Shown: positions 20,267 to 29,864, counted from the first letter of the stretch. The stretch is 40,145 nt of DNA from an uncultured Desulfobulbia bacterium (GCA_964654555.1 CAZZJP010000001.1:1-40145); one strand, 5' to 3'. Notes: generated from the letters alone by a model not told the origin. Translations and numbers: made by a program.

Positions 20267-21037
20267 GTGGGCAGAATTATTGTTTTCGCGAACCGTAAAG
20301 GCGGGTGCGGAAAAACCACTACGGCGGTGAATGCTGCGCATGCTTTAACCACCCATGGCCGAGTGCTTCTTATTGATATGGATGCTCAGGCCCACGTCTC
20401 CATCATATTTGGTTCCGCCCCTCACCCCCAAAACACCATCCTTGAGGTTCTTGAAAACAGACTTGCCTTAACAGAGGCTATTTCTCCCAGCCGCATTGCT
20501 GGTCTTGAGCTAATTTACTCTTCGCGTAATCTCGGTGCCTATGAATTAGGGGCCGGGCCTGATGACGAACAGGCGCTTGTGCTGGCTGAGCAGATCATCC
20601 CCGTCCTGTCTCTCTATGATTATATTATTATCGACCCGCCCCCGACTCTGGGGATCTTGATGGTCGCATCTCTTGTCGCTGCCAAGGAGGTGTTTATTCC
20701 AATGCCCATGCATTTTCTGGCCATGGAGGGCCTTGCCGAGATGATGCAGGTTATCTACCGGCTCAATGCCTCATACAATCCCGCCCTGCGCTTAAGCGGC
20801 ATTGTGCCGACATTCTATAATCAGAAAACTAAAATTGCCCGTAAAATCAGCGAGGAAATAAAGGGCAGTTTCGGAGCGGAGATAATGATGCCGGGGATAA
20901 GGAATAATATCACACTGGCCGAGGCTCCGGCCTATAAACAGACGATCTTTGAGTATGCGCCAAAAAGTCATGGGGCGGTTGATTACAGGAAACTGGTTGA
21001 AGAGGGAATTTGTGGAAGGATGAAGACTGAGGGGTGA
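20267..21037 (+). CDS. ParA/Soj-family ATPase heading the chemosensory cluster
   Basis: Deviant Walker A KGGCGKTT, LIDMDAQ, IIDPPP, LAEAP; no parB in the window. Confidence 0.9.
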   Translation: MGRIIVFANRKGGCGKTTTAVNAAHALTTHGRVLLIDMDAQAHVSIIFGSAPHPQNTILEVLENRLALTEAISPSRIAGLELIYSSRNLGAYELGAGPDDEQALVLAEQIIPVLSLYDYIIIDPPPTLGILMVASLVAAKEVFIPMPMHFLAMEGLAEMMQVIYRLNASYNPALRLSGIVPTFYNQKTKIARKISEEIKGSFGAEIMMPGIRNNITLAEAPAYKQTIFEYAPKSHGAVDYRKLVEEGICGRMKTEG

Positions 21038-21077
21038 CCGGGCTTAGGCTATAAATCGGGATCAAAAAGGGATAGAC

Positions 21078-22964
21078 ATGAATAAATTACCGCAAGATAT
21101 TACAATTTTACTGGCTGAGGATGCCAAAACTATGCGCCGGATTGAGGTTAATATCCTTAATTCTCTGGGCTATAAAAATATTATTGAGGCCGATGACGGT
21201 GTGCATGCCAAAAAGCTGCTTCAGAGGGCCGGTGATGTCGACTTGATTATCAGTGACTGGAATATGCCCAATATGAGTGGTTTTGACCTTTTGGCCTGGA
21301 TTCGGAAAAAATCCAAAAAATTTAAAAAGGTACCGTTTATTATGGCCACCGCTCAAGCTGATAAGACCCAGAAGGACAAGGTGATCGAAGCTGGCGGTAC
21401 CTCGGTGGTTCCGAAACCATTTACTCCCGATGAACTTAACCGCAAGATTAACCAGGCTCTGGGCTTTAAAGAGAAGGCCGTCGGAATCAGCGGTGAGCAG
21501 GAAGAAATGATTGACGGCAAGATCAAGCTGCGGGTGGCTCATTTACAGATTACTGACCATCTGCTTTTGGGAATGGTGCGGGAAGATATCCGCGCCGGCC
21601 TTATTAAGCCGGTTAATTTTGTTTTGCAGACGGAACTCATGGGGGGGTGGAATCCAGTGATTGACGCTCTGGAAGAGGGCGAGGTGGACGCGGCTTTTAT
21701 CCTGGCCCCCATTGCTATGGATTTAAACAGTCACGGCTCTCCCATTAAAACAGTACTCATGGCCCACCGGGGCGGCAGTATCATGGTGCGTAACGCCCAT
21801 AATGACTATAAAGAGCCCTATCGTGATTTTTTCAAAAAGAAATCCTGCCTCATTCCCCATAAATTATCCATCCACCATATGCTGAGCCATATATTTTTCA
21901 AAGGAATCGGTCTTAATGCCAGTCTCGACAAGGGGGAAGAGGTGGATGTTAATTTTGAGGTAGTGGCCCCGGTCTCCATGCCGGCCTTCATGGGATCAAA
22001 TCATGATGCCGCCGCCTTCATAGTGGCGGAACCAGTGGGCTCCAAGGCTATTAATAATGGTATTGCCAAGAGGCAGTTTATGACCAGCGAAATCTGGCCG
22101 GAACATCCCTGCTGTGTGGTGGCGGTACGTCAGGAATTTATTGATAACCATCCGGAAACCGTACAGGAATTTATTGATTATCTCGTTAAGGCCGGTAAGG
22201 GCATGGCTGCTGATACAGACAACGCCGCCAGGGTGGGAGTGGAGTTTCTTGATCCCGATAAAAGTATTGGTCTCAAAGAGGCCCTTCTGAAAAAGGTTAT
22301 TGCTGATCCCAATGGCATCCGCTGGGACAGCTTATATCCTTCGGCGGCTGATTTTGAAACTATTCATAAATATATGTCGGAGGAACTCCATATTACTGGT
22401 GAGCTTAATGTTGACCACTTGCTTGATCTCCGCTTTGCCGATAAGGCCTGCTCTGCCGTGGACAAGGTAACCCAGCCGCCCGCTATTCTGGCCTTAGAGG
22501 AAATCACCTCCCTACTCACCCCGGAGGATAAAAAGACTGCTGTCCCGCGGATATCCCTTAAAAAAATGCTTTTTGATAAGGGTATTAATCAGAGTAGCGC
22601 CGCCGCGGCGGAGCAGCTAAGCAAGCTGGCGGCCGATTACAAAGCCCTGTCTGTTGAACATGAAAAATTGCAGAGAAAGGTCTCCAAACAAGAGGAAAAG
22701 CTGTGTAGTTACGAGGAGATGGCGGCTAAACTGTTCAAGGATGGTGTCGCCCGCCTGAAAAATGATGATTTTTTTGAGGCCGCTGGTCTCTTTAACGCGG
22801 TTTTAACTTTGGAACTGGAAAATATGAAGGCCCTTAATAATCTGGCCGTTATTTATAGTGAAATGGATTTTCCAGAAAAGGCCAGAGCAATCCTGAAGAG
22901 GATTTTAGAGATTGAGCCGGATAATAAACTGGCCAGGGAAAATCTTGCAATTTCGGAATTATGA
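21078..22964 (+). CDS. CheY-like receiver + NrtA/CmpA-like (NMT1-type) solute-binding domain + coiled coil/TPR fusion
   Basis: REC: AED, ISDWNMP, ATA, KPF. Binding domain: QITDH, DAAFILAPIA, IPHKLSIHH, WPEHPCCVV. TPR: ALNNLAVIY...ILEIEPDN. No signal peptide. Confidence 0.8.
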   Translation: MNKLPQDITILLAEDAKTMRRIEVNILNSLGYKNIIEADDGVHAKKLLQRAGDVDLIISDWNMPNMSGFDLLAWIRKKSKKFKKVPFIMATAQADKTQKDKVIEAGGTSVVPKPFTPDELNRKINQALGFKEKAVGISGEQEEMIDGKIKLRVAHLQITDHLLLGMVREDIRAGLIKPVNFVLQTELMGGWNPVIDALEEGEVDAAFILAPIAMDLNSHGSPIKTVLMAHRGGSIMVRNAHNDYKEPYRDFFKKKSCLIPHKLSIHHMLSHIFFKGIGLNASLDKGEEVDVNFEVVAPVSMPAFMGSNHDAAAFIVAEPVGSKAINNGIAKRQFMTSEIWPEHPCCVVAVRQEFIDNHPETVQEFIDYLVKAGKGMAADTDNAARVGVEFLDPDKSIGLKEALLKKVIADPNGIRWDSLYPSAADFETIHKYMSEELHITGELNVDHLLDLRFADKACSAVDKVTQPPAILALEEITSLLTPEDKKTAVPRISLKKMLFDKGINQSSAAAAEQLSKLAADYKALSVEHEKLQRKVSKQEEKLCSYEEMAAKLFKDGVARLKNDDFFEAAGLFNAVLTLELENMKALNNLAVIYSEMDFPEKARAILKRILEIEPDNKLARENLAISEL

Positions 22965-23071
22965 TGTTGGAAATTACTGGGATTTTACTAATTATTTCAC
23001 GAAATACCGAAAATGAAAAAAAGTAATCAGATCAATAAAAGAAGCGGCGGAATTTCGAAATCTGAATTTCG
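22949..23071. repeat. Heptamer inverted-repeat element, family A (degenerate)
   Basis: Left AATTTCGGAATTATGA overlaps the stop codon; right AATTTCGAAATCTGAATTTCG lies in the Hsp70 N-terminal extension. Confidence 0.5.
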
Positions 23072-24536
23072 CCCTCTGCGGTCAAAAAGGATTATTGGTA
23101 TAGATCTGGGCACCACCAATTCGCTGCTTTCCTTTATTAAAAACGGTGCCCCTCGGATTATTCCCAACGAACGGGGCAGCCGCACCACGCCCTCCGTGGT
23201 CTGCCTGAAAAAGGATAAGGTAATTGTCGGCGAGATGGCTCGTAATCAGGCGGTATTGAACTCGGAGCTTACCGTGGCTAACGTTAAGCTGGGTATGGGT
23301 ACTAACCGCCGCTTTACCATTAATGGTTATCAATATGTTCCGGAGGAAATATCCGGTTTTATCCTGGCCCATCTACGAAAGATTGCCGAGGACTATCTTG
23401 GCTGCGAGGTGGAAGAGGCCGTTATCACCGTTCCAGCCTATTTTGATGATAACCAGCGTCAGGCTACACTGCGGGCGGCGGCTATGGTCGGGATTCAGGT
23501 GCGAAAGTTATTGAATGAACCAACCGCCGCCGCTCTTACCTATGGCATTAGTCAGGGCGGGAACAGTCATATGCTGGTGATTGATCTTGGCGGCGGTACC
23601 CTGGATATTACCCTCATGGCCTATGAAGATAAGGTCTTTCGGGTCATGGGTGTGGGCGGTTCCACCGCCATTGGCGGTATAAATTTTGACAACGCTCTCA
23701 TTGAACATATCCTGGCCCGTTTTGCCGCTGACTGCCCTTATGATTTACGAAATGATCGCATCGCCTATCAACAGCTGGTAATTCACGCTGAAAAGGTCAA
23801 GATTGATCTCTCTTCCGCCGACAGTACTGCCCTTATGATTCCCTATATAGCGGTAACAGATGACGGTCCTCTGCATTTGAATATGGAGATCAGCCGGGAT
23901 GATTTTAATGCCCTAACCAGTTCGGTTTTAGAAGATATAAAAAGGCATATTATGGATACCTTCGCCCAGTCCGGGGTATCCCCGGACTGGGTTGATTCGG
24001 TAATTATGGTGGGCGGCGCCAGCCGTATTCCTGCGGTGGGTGAACTGGTAGACGAGGTACTCTGTTCTGCCTGCGCCAGGTCGTCCAGCGGCCCGAGATT
24101 AAAGAAAAATATTAATCCTGATGAGGCTGTGGCGCGAGGGGCCGGTATTCTGGCCGGGGTACTGAGTGGCGAGATTGCCGGGGTGGAGTTTCACGATATT
24201 ACGGCCCATAATCTCGGGATTGAAGATGATAAGGGCGATTTTATTAATATAATTCCGGCTGCTTCAGCTTATCCCTGCGAGGTCAGCCGTTTGTTCACCA
24301 CGGTGGTTGATAGTCAGCCCGAGGTAATTATCCATATCATGCAGGATCGCGGTCTGCCGGGGGCGCAGGATTACGTGTCGTTGGGACGTTTCCACCTGAA
24401 GGTAAACCATGGTCGGAAAAAGGGGGAACCCAATATAGATGTAACCTTTGCCATTGACTTGAACGGGGTGCTGACGGTGAGCGCCATAGACTTGGATACC
24501 GCCGAGGGAAAGGATATTACGATTTCGGATTTGTGA
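23013..24536 (+). CDS. Hsp70/DnaK-family protein lacking the alpha-helical lid
   Basis: GIDLGTTNS, TVPAYF, NEPTAAA, DLGGGT, VGGASRIP, NPDEAVA; ends right after the SBD-beta (VTFAIDLNG...ITI). Confidence 0.92.
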   Translation: MKKSNQINKRSGGISKSEFRPLRSKRIIGIDLGTTNSLLSFIKNGAPRIIPNERGSRTTPSVVCLKKDKVIVGEMARNQAVLNSELTVANVKLGMGTNRRFTINGYQYVPEEISGFILAHLRKIAEDYLGCEVEEAVITVPAYFDDNQRQATLRAAAMVGIQVRKLLNEPTAAALTYGISQGGNSHMLVIDLGGGTLDITLMAYEDKVFRVMGVGGSTAIGGINFDNALIEHILARFAADCPYDLRNDRIAYQQLVIHAEKVKIDLSSADSTALMIPYIAVTDDGPLHLNMEISRDDFNALTSSVLEDIKRHIMDTFAQSGVSPDWVDSVIMVGGASRIPAVGELVDEVLCSACARSSSGPRLKKNINPDEAVARGAGILAGVLSGEIAGVEFHDITAHNLGIEDDKGDFINIIPAASAYPCEVSRLFTTVVDSQPEVIIHIMQDRGLPGAQDYVSLGRFHLKVNHGRKKGEPNIDVTFAIDLNGVLTVSAIDLDTAEGKDITISDL

Positions 24537-24691
24537 TTTTTAGATTTCGGAATTTGGCATGATGAAGCACGGAATTTTATAATTCCGCAGTCTGTAAATA
24601 AACATTGGCAGCCAAAACTATATAAATGGAATGCTGAAGAAGAAAGACGGCGTGGGGGGACTCATTCCGCAATCCGCATTCCGCAATTCCA
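24521..24691. repeat. Heptamer inverted-repeat element, family A
   Basis: Left GATTTCG GATTTGT GATTTTTA GATTTCG GAATTT contains the Hsp70 stop; right CATTCCG CAATCCG CATTCCG CAATTCC just before the MCP RBS. Confidence 0.75.
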
Positions 24692-24706
24692 AAGAGGAGT
24701 ATTGAG

Positions 24707-26644
24707 ATGGCAAAGAAATTAGCAAAACCTGATTCATTGGCAACTGGTATTACCAGCAAAGAGGGGGATAACAAAGTTCTGGCTCAAAAACGGGAGCTGG
24801 CTAAAAAGCAGGCTCAGGCCAAGACCCAGGCTCGTACCCTGGCCCGGCAGCAGGCTATTGCTGAACGAATTGCCGTGGCTGTGGAACAGATGGCCGCCTC
24901 TCTTGAGGAGGCTATCGCGGCATCCGAGCAGCTTACCAATAATATGGCAGAGATCGGTCAGAAAGCCGATGGCAATGCCGAAGCGGCCGATAAATCACGT
25001 AGTTCCATTGCGGTTATCAAGGAAAATTCACAGGAAGTCAATAAACACGCGGTCTATTCCGATGACAAATGTACTGAATTACAGCTTCTGGCCCGTACTA
25101 CCGGCAAGGATATCCGCCAGATAATTCTCGGGATCAAGGAGGCGGTGCAGAAAAATGATGAGTCGGCGGTTCTGATTCATCAACTGGAACAATACTCCAA
25201 TGAGATTGGTGAGATTGTCGGGGCCGTGGTGCGGATTGCCGATCAGACCAATCTTCTGGCCTTGAATGCCGCCATTGAGGCCGCCAGGGCCGGAGAACAT
25301 GGCCGTGGTTTTGCCGTAGTGGCCGATGAGGTCAGAAATCTGGCCGAGATTTCCGAGAACTGCGCCCGTGATATCCGCACCGTGGTGGATGAAATTCAGG
25401 AGCAGGTTAAAATGGTGGTAATTAACGTTGAATCGGCCAGTAAGGCCAGCCGGGAGGAGGCGGATAAAAGTGAACTTATAAACGAGGCTCTGGGGAAAAT
25501 TGACAATGGTATTGACGATCTGGTGGAGGCCTCTAAAAGAGTGGCTATATTGTCAACCCAGGCCGTTGAAGGTTCTGATGTCTTTTATCAGGCGGCCGAG
25601 GATATTGCCGCGGCTTCGGCGGAGGCCTCCAGCGCTATTGAGGAATCTATTAAAGGTTTGGAAGAACAGAATAAGGCCTATGTTGAGATGCAGGCGGCCT
25701 CTGATGATCTCACTGAACTGGCCGACAGTTTGAAGAATTCTGTCGATACCCAGAAGTCGGCTGAGGAAATGGCGGCCGCCGCCGAGGAGTTATCGGCCAA
25801 CGTGGAGCAGTCCCTGGCCTCGGCCCGCCAGATTATGACTGCCATAGAGCAGATTGCCGCCGCCGCTGAACAGCAGAAAAAATCGGCCGCCGGCTGTAAG
25901 GTTCAGGGAAAGCAGGTTGAGGAAATCGGGGCAGAAATCGACACCCTGGCCCGGAACGCCGAGACCAGGATTAATGAGCTCCTGGAGATCGTGGTGGAGA
26001 ACAACCAGAACGTCAATAATACGATTGCCAATATCACCAAGGCGGCGGAGGATTCACAACAGTCGGCCAAAAGTATAGGCATGCTGCAGGAGAAGACCAA
26101 CGCCATTGAAAAGATTGTCGATCAGATTGTCAATGTTACCCTGCAGACCAATATGCTGGCCGTAAACGGCTCCATTGAGGCGGCCAGGGCTGGTGAGTTT
26201 GGCCGGGGATTTTCAGTAGTGGCCGGAGATATCCGCACCCTGGCTGATGATTCATCAGAAAATGCTAGTAAGATCAAGGATATGGTGCGCCAGATGCAGA
26301 ACCAGATAATTATGGTCAGTTCCGATATAGAGGGGGTTGGCAAGAGCGCTGCCGAGGAAGCGGAGAAGGCTAAAATATCGGCAGCTGGTTTGACCAGAAT
26401 TGATAATGAATCCCGTGTGGTTTTGGAGGGGGTTGAAAAAATCGTGGCCAAAACCGCCGAGGCTATGACCTCTCTGGCGGAGGTTGGCAAGGAGGTCGAG
26501 GTTATTACTGAGGGAGTGGAAGATGCGGCCAACGCCTGCGAAGAGGCCTCAACCTCTTCAGAGCAAACCACCAAAGGCATGGAGAATATTGCCGAGGCCA
26601 TTGAGGATATCGCCAGCCAGGCGGATGAGATGCAGAGTATGTGA
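24707..26644 (+). CDS. Soluble methyl-accepting chemotaxis protein with two signalling domains (DosM-like)
   Basis: Two hairpin tips: [31 protein letters not shown] and [31 protein letters not shown]; no TM segment or sensor domain. Confidence 0.92.
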   Translation: MAKKLAKPDSLATGITSKEGDNKVLAQKRELAKKQAQAKTQARTLARQQAIAERIAVAVEQMAASLEEAIAASEQLTNNMAEIGQKADGNAEAADKSRSSIAVIKENSQEVNKHAVYSDDKCTELQLLARTTGKDIRQIILGIKEAVQKNDESAVLIHQLEQYSNEIGEIVGAVVRIADQTNLLALNAAIEAARAGEHGRGFAVVADEVRNLAEISENCARDIRTVVDEIQEQVKMVVINVESASKASREEADKSELINEALGKIDNGIDDLVEASKRVAILSTQAVEGSDVFYQAAEDIAAASAEASSAIEESIKGLEEQNKAYVEMQAASDDLTELADSLKNSVDTQKSAEEMAAAAEELSANVEQSLASARQIMTAIEQIAAAAEQQKKSAAGCKVQGKQVEEIGAEIDTLARNAETRINELLEIVVENNQNVNNTIANITKAAEDSQQSAKSIGMLQEKTNAIEKIVDQIVNVTLQTNMLAVNGSIEAARAGEFGRGFSVVAGDIRTLADDSSENASKIKDMVRQMQNQIIMVSSDIEGVGKSAAEEAEKAKISAAGLTRIDNESRVVLEGVEKIVAKTAEAMTSLAEVGKEVEVITEGVEDAANACEEASTSSEQTTKGMENIAEAIEDIASQADEMQSM

Positions 26645-26650
26645 TTCCGG

Positions 26651-26741
26651 AAGGATAAAGGCAAAAGGCTGGAATGAACACAACTAACAGTTTCGGCTTT
26701 TTATTTTTCATCATTTATCCTTTCAAACTCCTTCATCTTTT
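26651..26741. repeat. Heptamer inverted-repeat element, family B
   Basis: AAGGATA AAGGCAA AAGGCTG ... TTCATCA TTTATCC ... CTTCATCTTT. Confidence 0.65.
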
Positions 26742-26762
26742 ATAAGAACATGGAGATAAATA

Positions 26763-28712
26763 ATGTCTGAACATATAGAAAACACCCAAAAATCCATTAA
26801 TGCCACCGAGGGCCAGTTTGTTGTTTTCGCTCTTGGCGAGGAGGAATTTGGAGTGGATATTCATCAGGTAAAGGAGATTGTCCGTATGCCGGACTTGACC
26901 GCGGTGCCTAAGAGCCCTGATTATGTGGCGGGAATCTGCAATCTGCGTGGTAAGGTGTTGCCGGCTCTGGATAGTCGTAATCGTTTTGGTCTAAAGAAAC
27001 GGGAGGTGACGGAAGACAGCCGCCTGCTGGTGGTGGAGACGGATGGTAATGCTACCGGCCTTATTGTTGATGGTCTGCGTGAGGTTATGCATATTCGTGA
27101 CGAGCAGGTCGCGCCGCCCCCGGCCGTATGTAAGGGGATTGACCGGGGATTTTTATCTGGGGTGGTAAAAAAAGATGACGGCAAGCGTCTGGTGCTGATC
27201 CTTAAGCTGGCGGAGGTCTTAAAAATAGAGGATGAGGAAACGGCCGCTGTCCAGGATGTCGGCGGCCGGGCTGGAGCCGGGTCGGTATCTGAAACAGTTA
27301 AAGAAGAGGTAGTGGACGATGAGCAACTGGTCTCATTTCATATCGCCGATGAGGAGTACGCCTTTAATATTGACAGTGTCCGGGAGATACTGCGGGTATC
27401 TGAAATTACCGAGGTGCCCAATGTTCCGGCCTACATCAAGGGGGTAATCACGGTTCGTGAACAGCTTATTCCCATCATTGATCTGCGCTCACTGCTCGGA
27501 ATTGATGAATTGATTGCCGGTAATATCAATGAGCTGGAGATGATTGTCAAGGAGCATAGGCAATGGATTGTCGATCTTGAACAAGCCCTTGAAGACGGTG
27601 AACAATTCCCTGGGACTCTGGATCCGGTTCAATGCGCCTTTGGCCGCTGGCTGGTGGTTAACCCTGCCCTGGTTGAGAATGAACTCTTTCGAGAGCTAAG
27701 GCCCCGGCATACCGTTTTCCATGAGCTTGGCCATGAACTTCTTGACTTGGCAGCGGCAGATAAGGAGACGGCACTGACTCGATTTAAGGCCGAACTTGTC
27801 CCCCTGGGGAAGGAGATAATAGATAGTTTGGAATGTCTCAAGGTGGATATAAGCGCTATTATTAAAAATAACCAACGGATCATGGTGGTGGAGAATGGTA
27901 CTTTGTTTATGGGCTTTTTGGTGGATTCGGTGAAAGAGGTTCTACGGCTGCCAAAGGCCTTGATTGATGCTCCGCCCTGGAATGTTTCCTCCGGACATCG
28001 GGAGGTGGCGGGGGTAGCCAAGATTGATGAGGGCAAACGTTTAATTATGATAATGGATGAAAAAAACCTGATTGGTGAAAAGGAGTCCGTGATGCTGGAT
28101 GAGATTAAACAGAAGAAAGAGCAGGACAATCCGGACCAGTCCCAAACTCTGGCTGAGAAATCTCTGGTTGAGGAGCAGTTGGTAACCTTCTTTATCGGTG
28201 AGGAGGAATACGGGGTTAAGATTATGCAGGTACAGGAGATAAACCGCTTGGAGGAGATTACCTCCGTTCCCAAGGCTCCGGAGTTTATTGACGGGGTAAC
28301 CAATCTGCGCGGCAATGTCATTCCGGTAATGAATATAAGGAAACTCTTTGGTCGCGAGGAGAGAAAAAAAGATGATCGCACCAGGATTGTCATTGTTGAT
28401 ATCGCTGGGAAAAAGACCGGCCTTAGAGTTGACCGGGTCAATGAGGTGCTGCGCATCCCAAAGAGTGATATTGACGATACCCCTCCCATTGTTGCTGGTT
28501 CTGATGCCGCCCGTTTCATGGAGGGAGTATGTAAGCTGGATGGCGGCCGCCGTATGGTGATGCTGATTAATGTTCAGCGGATTCTCGGTACTGATGAGCT
28601 GGAAACCTTTAACGAGATGGACGGTAAGAAGCCGCCGCTCAAGAGGGCGGGGAAGGTAGCTGGCAAGGCGAAAAAAGCGGTTGGAAAGAAGAAGATGAAA
28701 ATCGCGGAATGA
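26763..28712 (+). CDS. cheW: Triple-domain CheW with a CZB domain inserted in CheW-2 and a Lys-rich tail
   Basis: Three modules begin QFVVF/QLVSF/QLVTF...EE(F/Y) with NLRG/TVRE; insert EHRQW...CAFGRW...RHTVFH. Confidence 0.92.
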   Translation: MSEHIENTQKSINATEGQFVVFALGEEEFGVDIHQVKEIVRMPDLTAVPKSPDYVAGICNLRGKVLPALDSRNRFGLKKREVTEDSRLLVVETDGNATGLIVDGLREVMHIRDEQVAPPPAVCKGIDRGFLSGVVKKDDGKRLVLILKLAEVLKIEDEETAAVQDVGGRAGAGSVSETVKEEVVDDEQLVSFHIADEEYAFNIDSVREILRVSEITEVPNVPAYIKGVITVREQLIPIIDLRSLLGIDELIAGNINELEMIVKEHRQWIVDLEQALEDGEQFPGTLDPVQCAFGRWLVVNPALVENELFRELRPRHTVFHELGHELLDLAAADKETALTRFKAELVPLGKEIIDSLECLKVDISAIIKNNQRIMVVENGTLFMGFLVDSVKEVLRLPKALIDAPPWNVSSGHREVAGVAKIDEGKRLIMIMDEKNLIGEKESVMLDEIKQKKEQDNPDQSQTLAEKSLVEEQLVTFFIGEEEYGVKIMQVQEINRLEEITSVPKAPEFIDGVTNLRGNVIPVMNIRKLFGREERKKDDRTRIVIVDIAGKKTGLRVDRVNEVLRIPKSDIDDTPPIVAGSDAARFMEGVCKLDGGRRMVMLINVQRILGTDELETFNEMDGKKPPLKRAGKVAGKAKKAVGKKKMKIAE

Positions 28713-28715
28713 TAT

Positions 28716-28791
28716 GATTTGGGAATTAGGAATGCGGATCTCGGAAAGTTTACCTTGCAATTCCGAAATCCGAATTCCAAAAACTAAAATT
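28716..28791. repeat. Heptamer inverted-repeat element, family A
   Basis: GATTTGG GAATTAG GAATGCG GATCTCG GAA - 14-nt loop - TTC CGAAATC CGAATTC CAAAAAC TAAAATT. Confidence 0.8.
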
Positions 28792-28796
28792 GGAAT

Positions 28797-29864
28797 ATGA
28801 TAAACGTACTAATATGTGATGATTCCGCCTTGATGCGGCGGAGTCTTAAAAAAATTATTGAATCAGACCGCAGGCTTAATGTTATTGGCACGGCGAGGGA
28901 TGGTGAGGATGCGGTTTTAAAGGCGAGAGAGCTGCGGCCGGATGTGGTGACCATGGATATTAATATGCCTCTTCTTGACGGCATCAGCGCCATGCAGCAC
29001 ATTGTTGACGAGGAAATCGCTCCGGTGCTTATGGTTTCCTCCCTTACCCAGGAGGGGGCTGAGGCTACTTTTGAATCTCTGGCCCTGGGCGCCTTTGATT
29101 ATATAGCTAAACCGGGCGGCACAGTTTCCGTCAATATGGAGGAGTCAGCCCGGGAAATTATCGCCAAGATCAAGGCGGCCTCTGACTCCAAATCGGTAAG
29201 CAAGATGAGGAGGAGCGGGCGGCAGAGAGCCGCTCCTGCGGTTGGAACGCCGCGCAAATCCGTATCGCTCCGCCGTAAATCTCGGGTAGGCACCGACGGC
29301 ATGGTGGTGGCTATTGGCATCTCCACTGGCGGCCCCAAGACCATCTTTGATGTCTTGCCGCTTATCCCGGCTGATCTTCCTGCTCCGGTCTTTCTGGTGC
29401 AGCATATGCCGGTGGGGTTTACCGCCTCTTACGCCAAACGTATTGACGCGGCTTCGCCCATGAGCTGCGTGGAGGCGGCGGCCGGCATGAAGATTGAGCC
29501 TGGTGTCATTTATCTTGCCAGGGCCGGCCGTCACCTGACCCTGTTTAAGAAGGCCAGCAGTGAGATCGTGGTTCGTACTCCAACCCGGCCAGAACACCAA
29601 TTTATGCCCTCGGTAAATGTAATGATGGAGTCGGTGTTTAACGTCTATGGGGCTGGTACGGTGGCTGTTTTGATGACTGGTATGGGTGATGACGGGGCTA
29701 ACATGATGGTGGAAATTACCGAGGCTGGCGGCCATACCATTGCCGAGAGTGAGGAAACGGCTATTGTCTTTGGTATGCCAAATGAGGCAATTTTACGGGG
29801 CGGTGCCAATGTAGTTGCCCCGAGTTGGGATATTGCCGGGGAGATAATCAAGGCGGTTGCTTGA
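28797..29864 (+). CDS. cheB: Chemotaxis response regulator methylesterase CheB
   Basis: REC (CDDS, TMDINMP, KP) plus catalytic GISTGGP, VQHMP, MTGMGDDG. Confidence 0.97.
   Translation: MINVLICDDSALMRRSLKKIIESDRRLNVIGTARDGEDAVLKARELRPDVVTMDINMPLLDGISAMQHIVDEEIAPVLMVSSLTQEGAEATFESLALGAFDYIAKPGGTVSVNMEESAREIIAKIKAASDSKSVSKMRRSGRQRAAPAVGTPRKSVSLRRKSRVGTDGMVVAIGISTGGPKTIFDVLPLIPADLPAPVFLVQHMPVGFTASYAKRIDAASPMSCVEAAAGMKIEPGVIYLARAGRHLTLFKKASSEIVVRTPTRPEHQFMPSVNVMMESVFNVYGAGTVAVLMTGMGDDGANMMVEITEAGGHTIAESEETAIVFGMPNEAILRGGANVVAPSWDIAGEIIKAVA

Noticed and set aside
23013-24536. Calling the Hsp70 the housekeeping dnaK
   Set aside because: No lid, atypical linker, and no grpE, dnaJ or hrcA context.
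27629-28760. Long antisense ORFs (296 and 239 aa) and similar shadow ORFs across the window
   Set aside because: They lie opposite well-supported genes and show no recognisable motifs.
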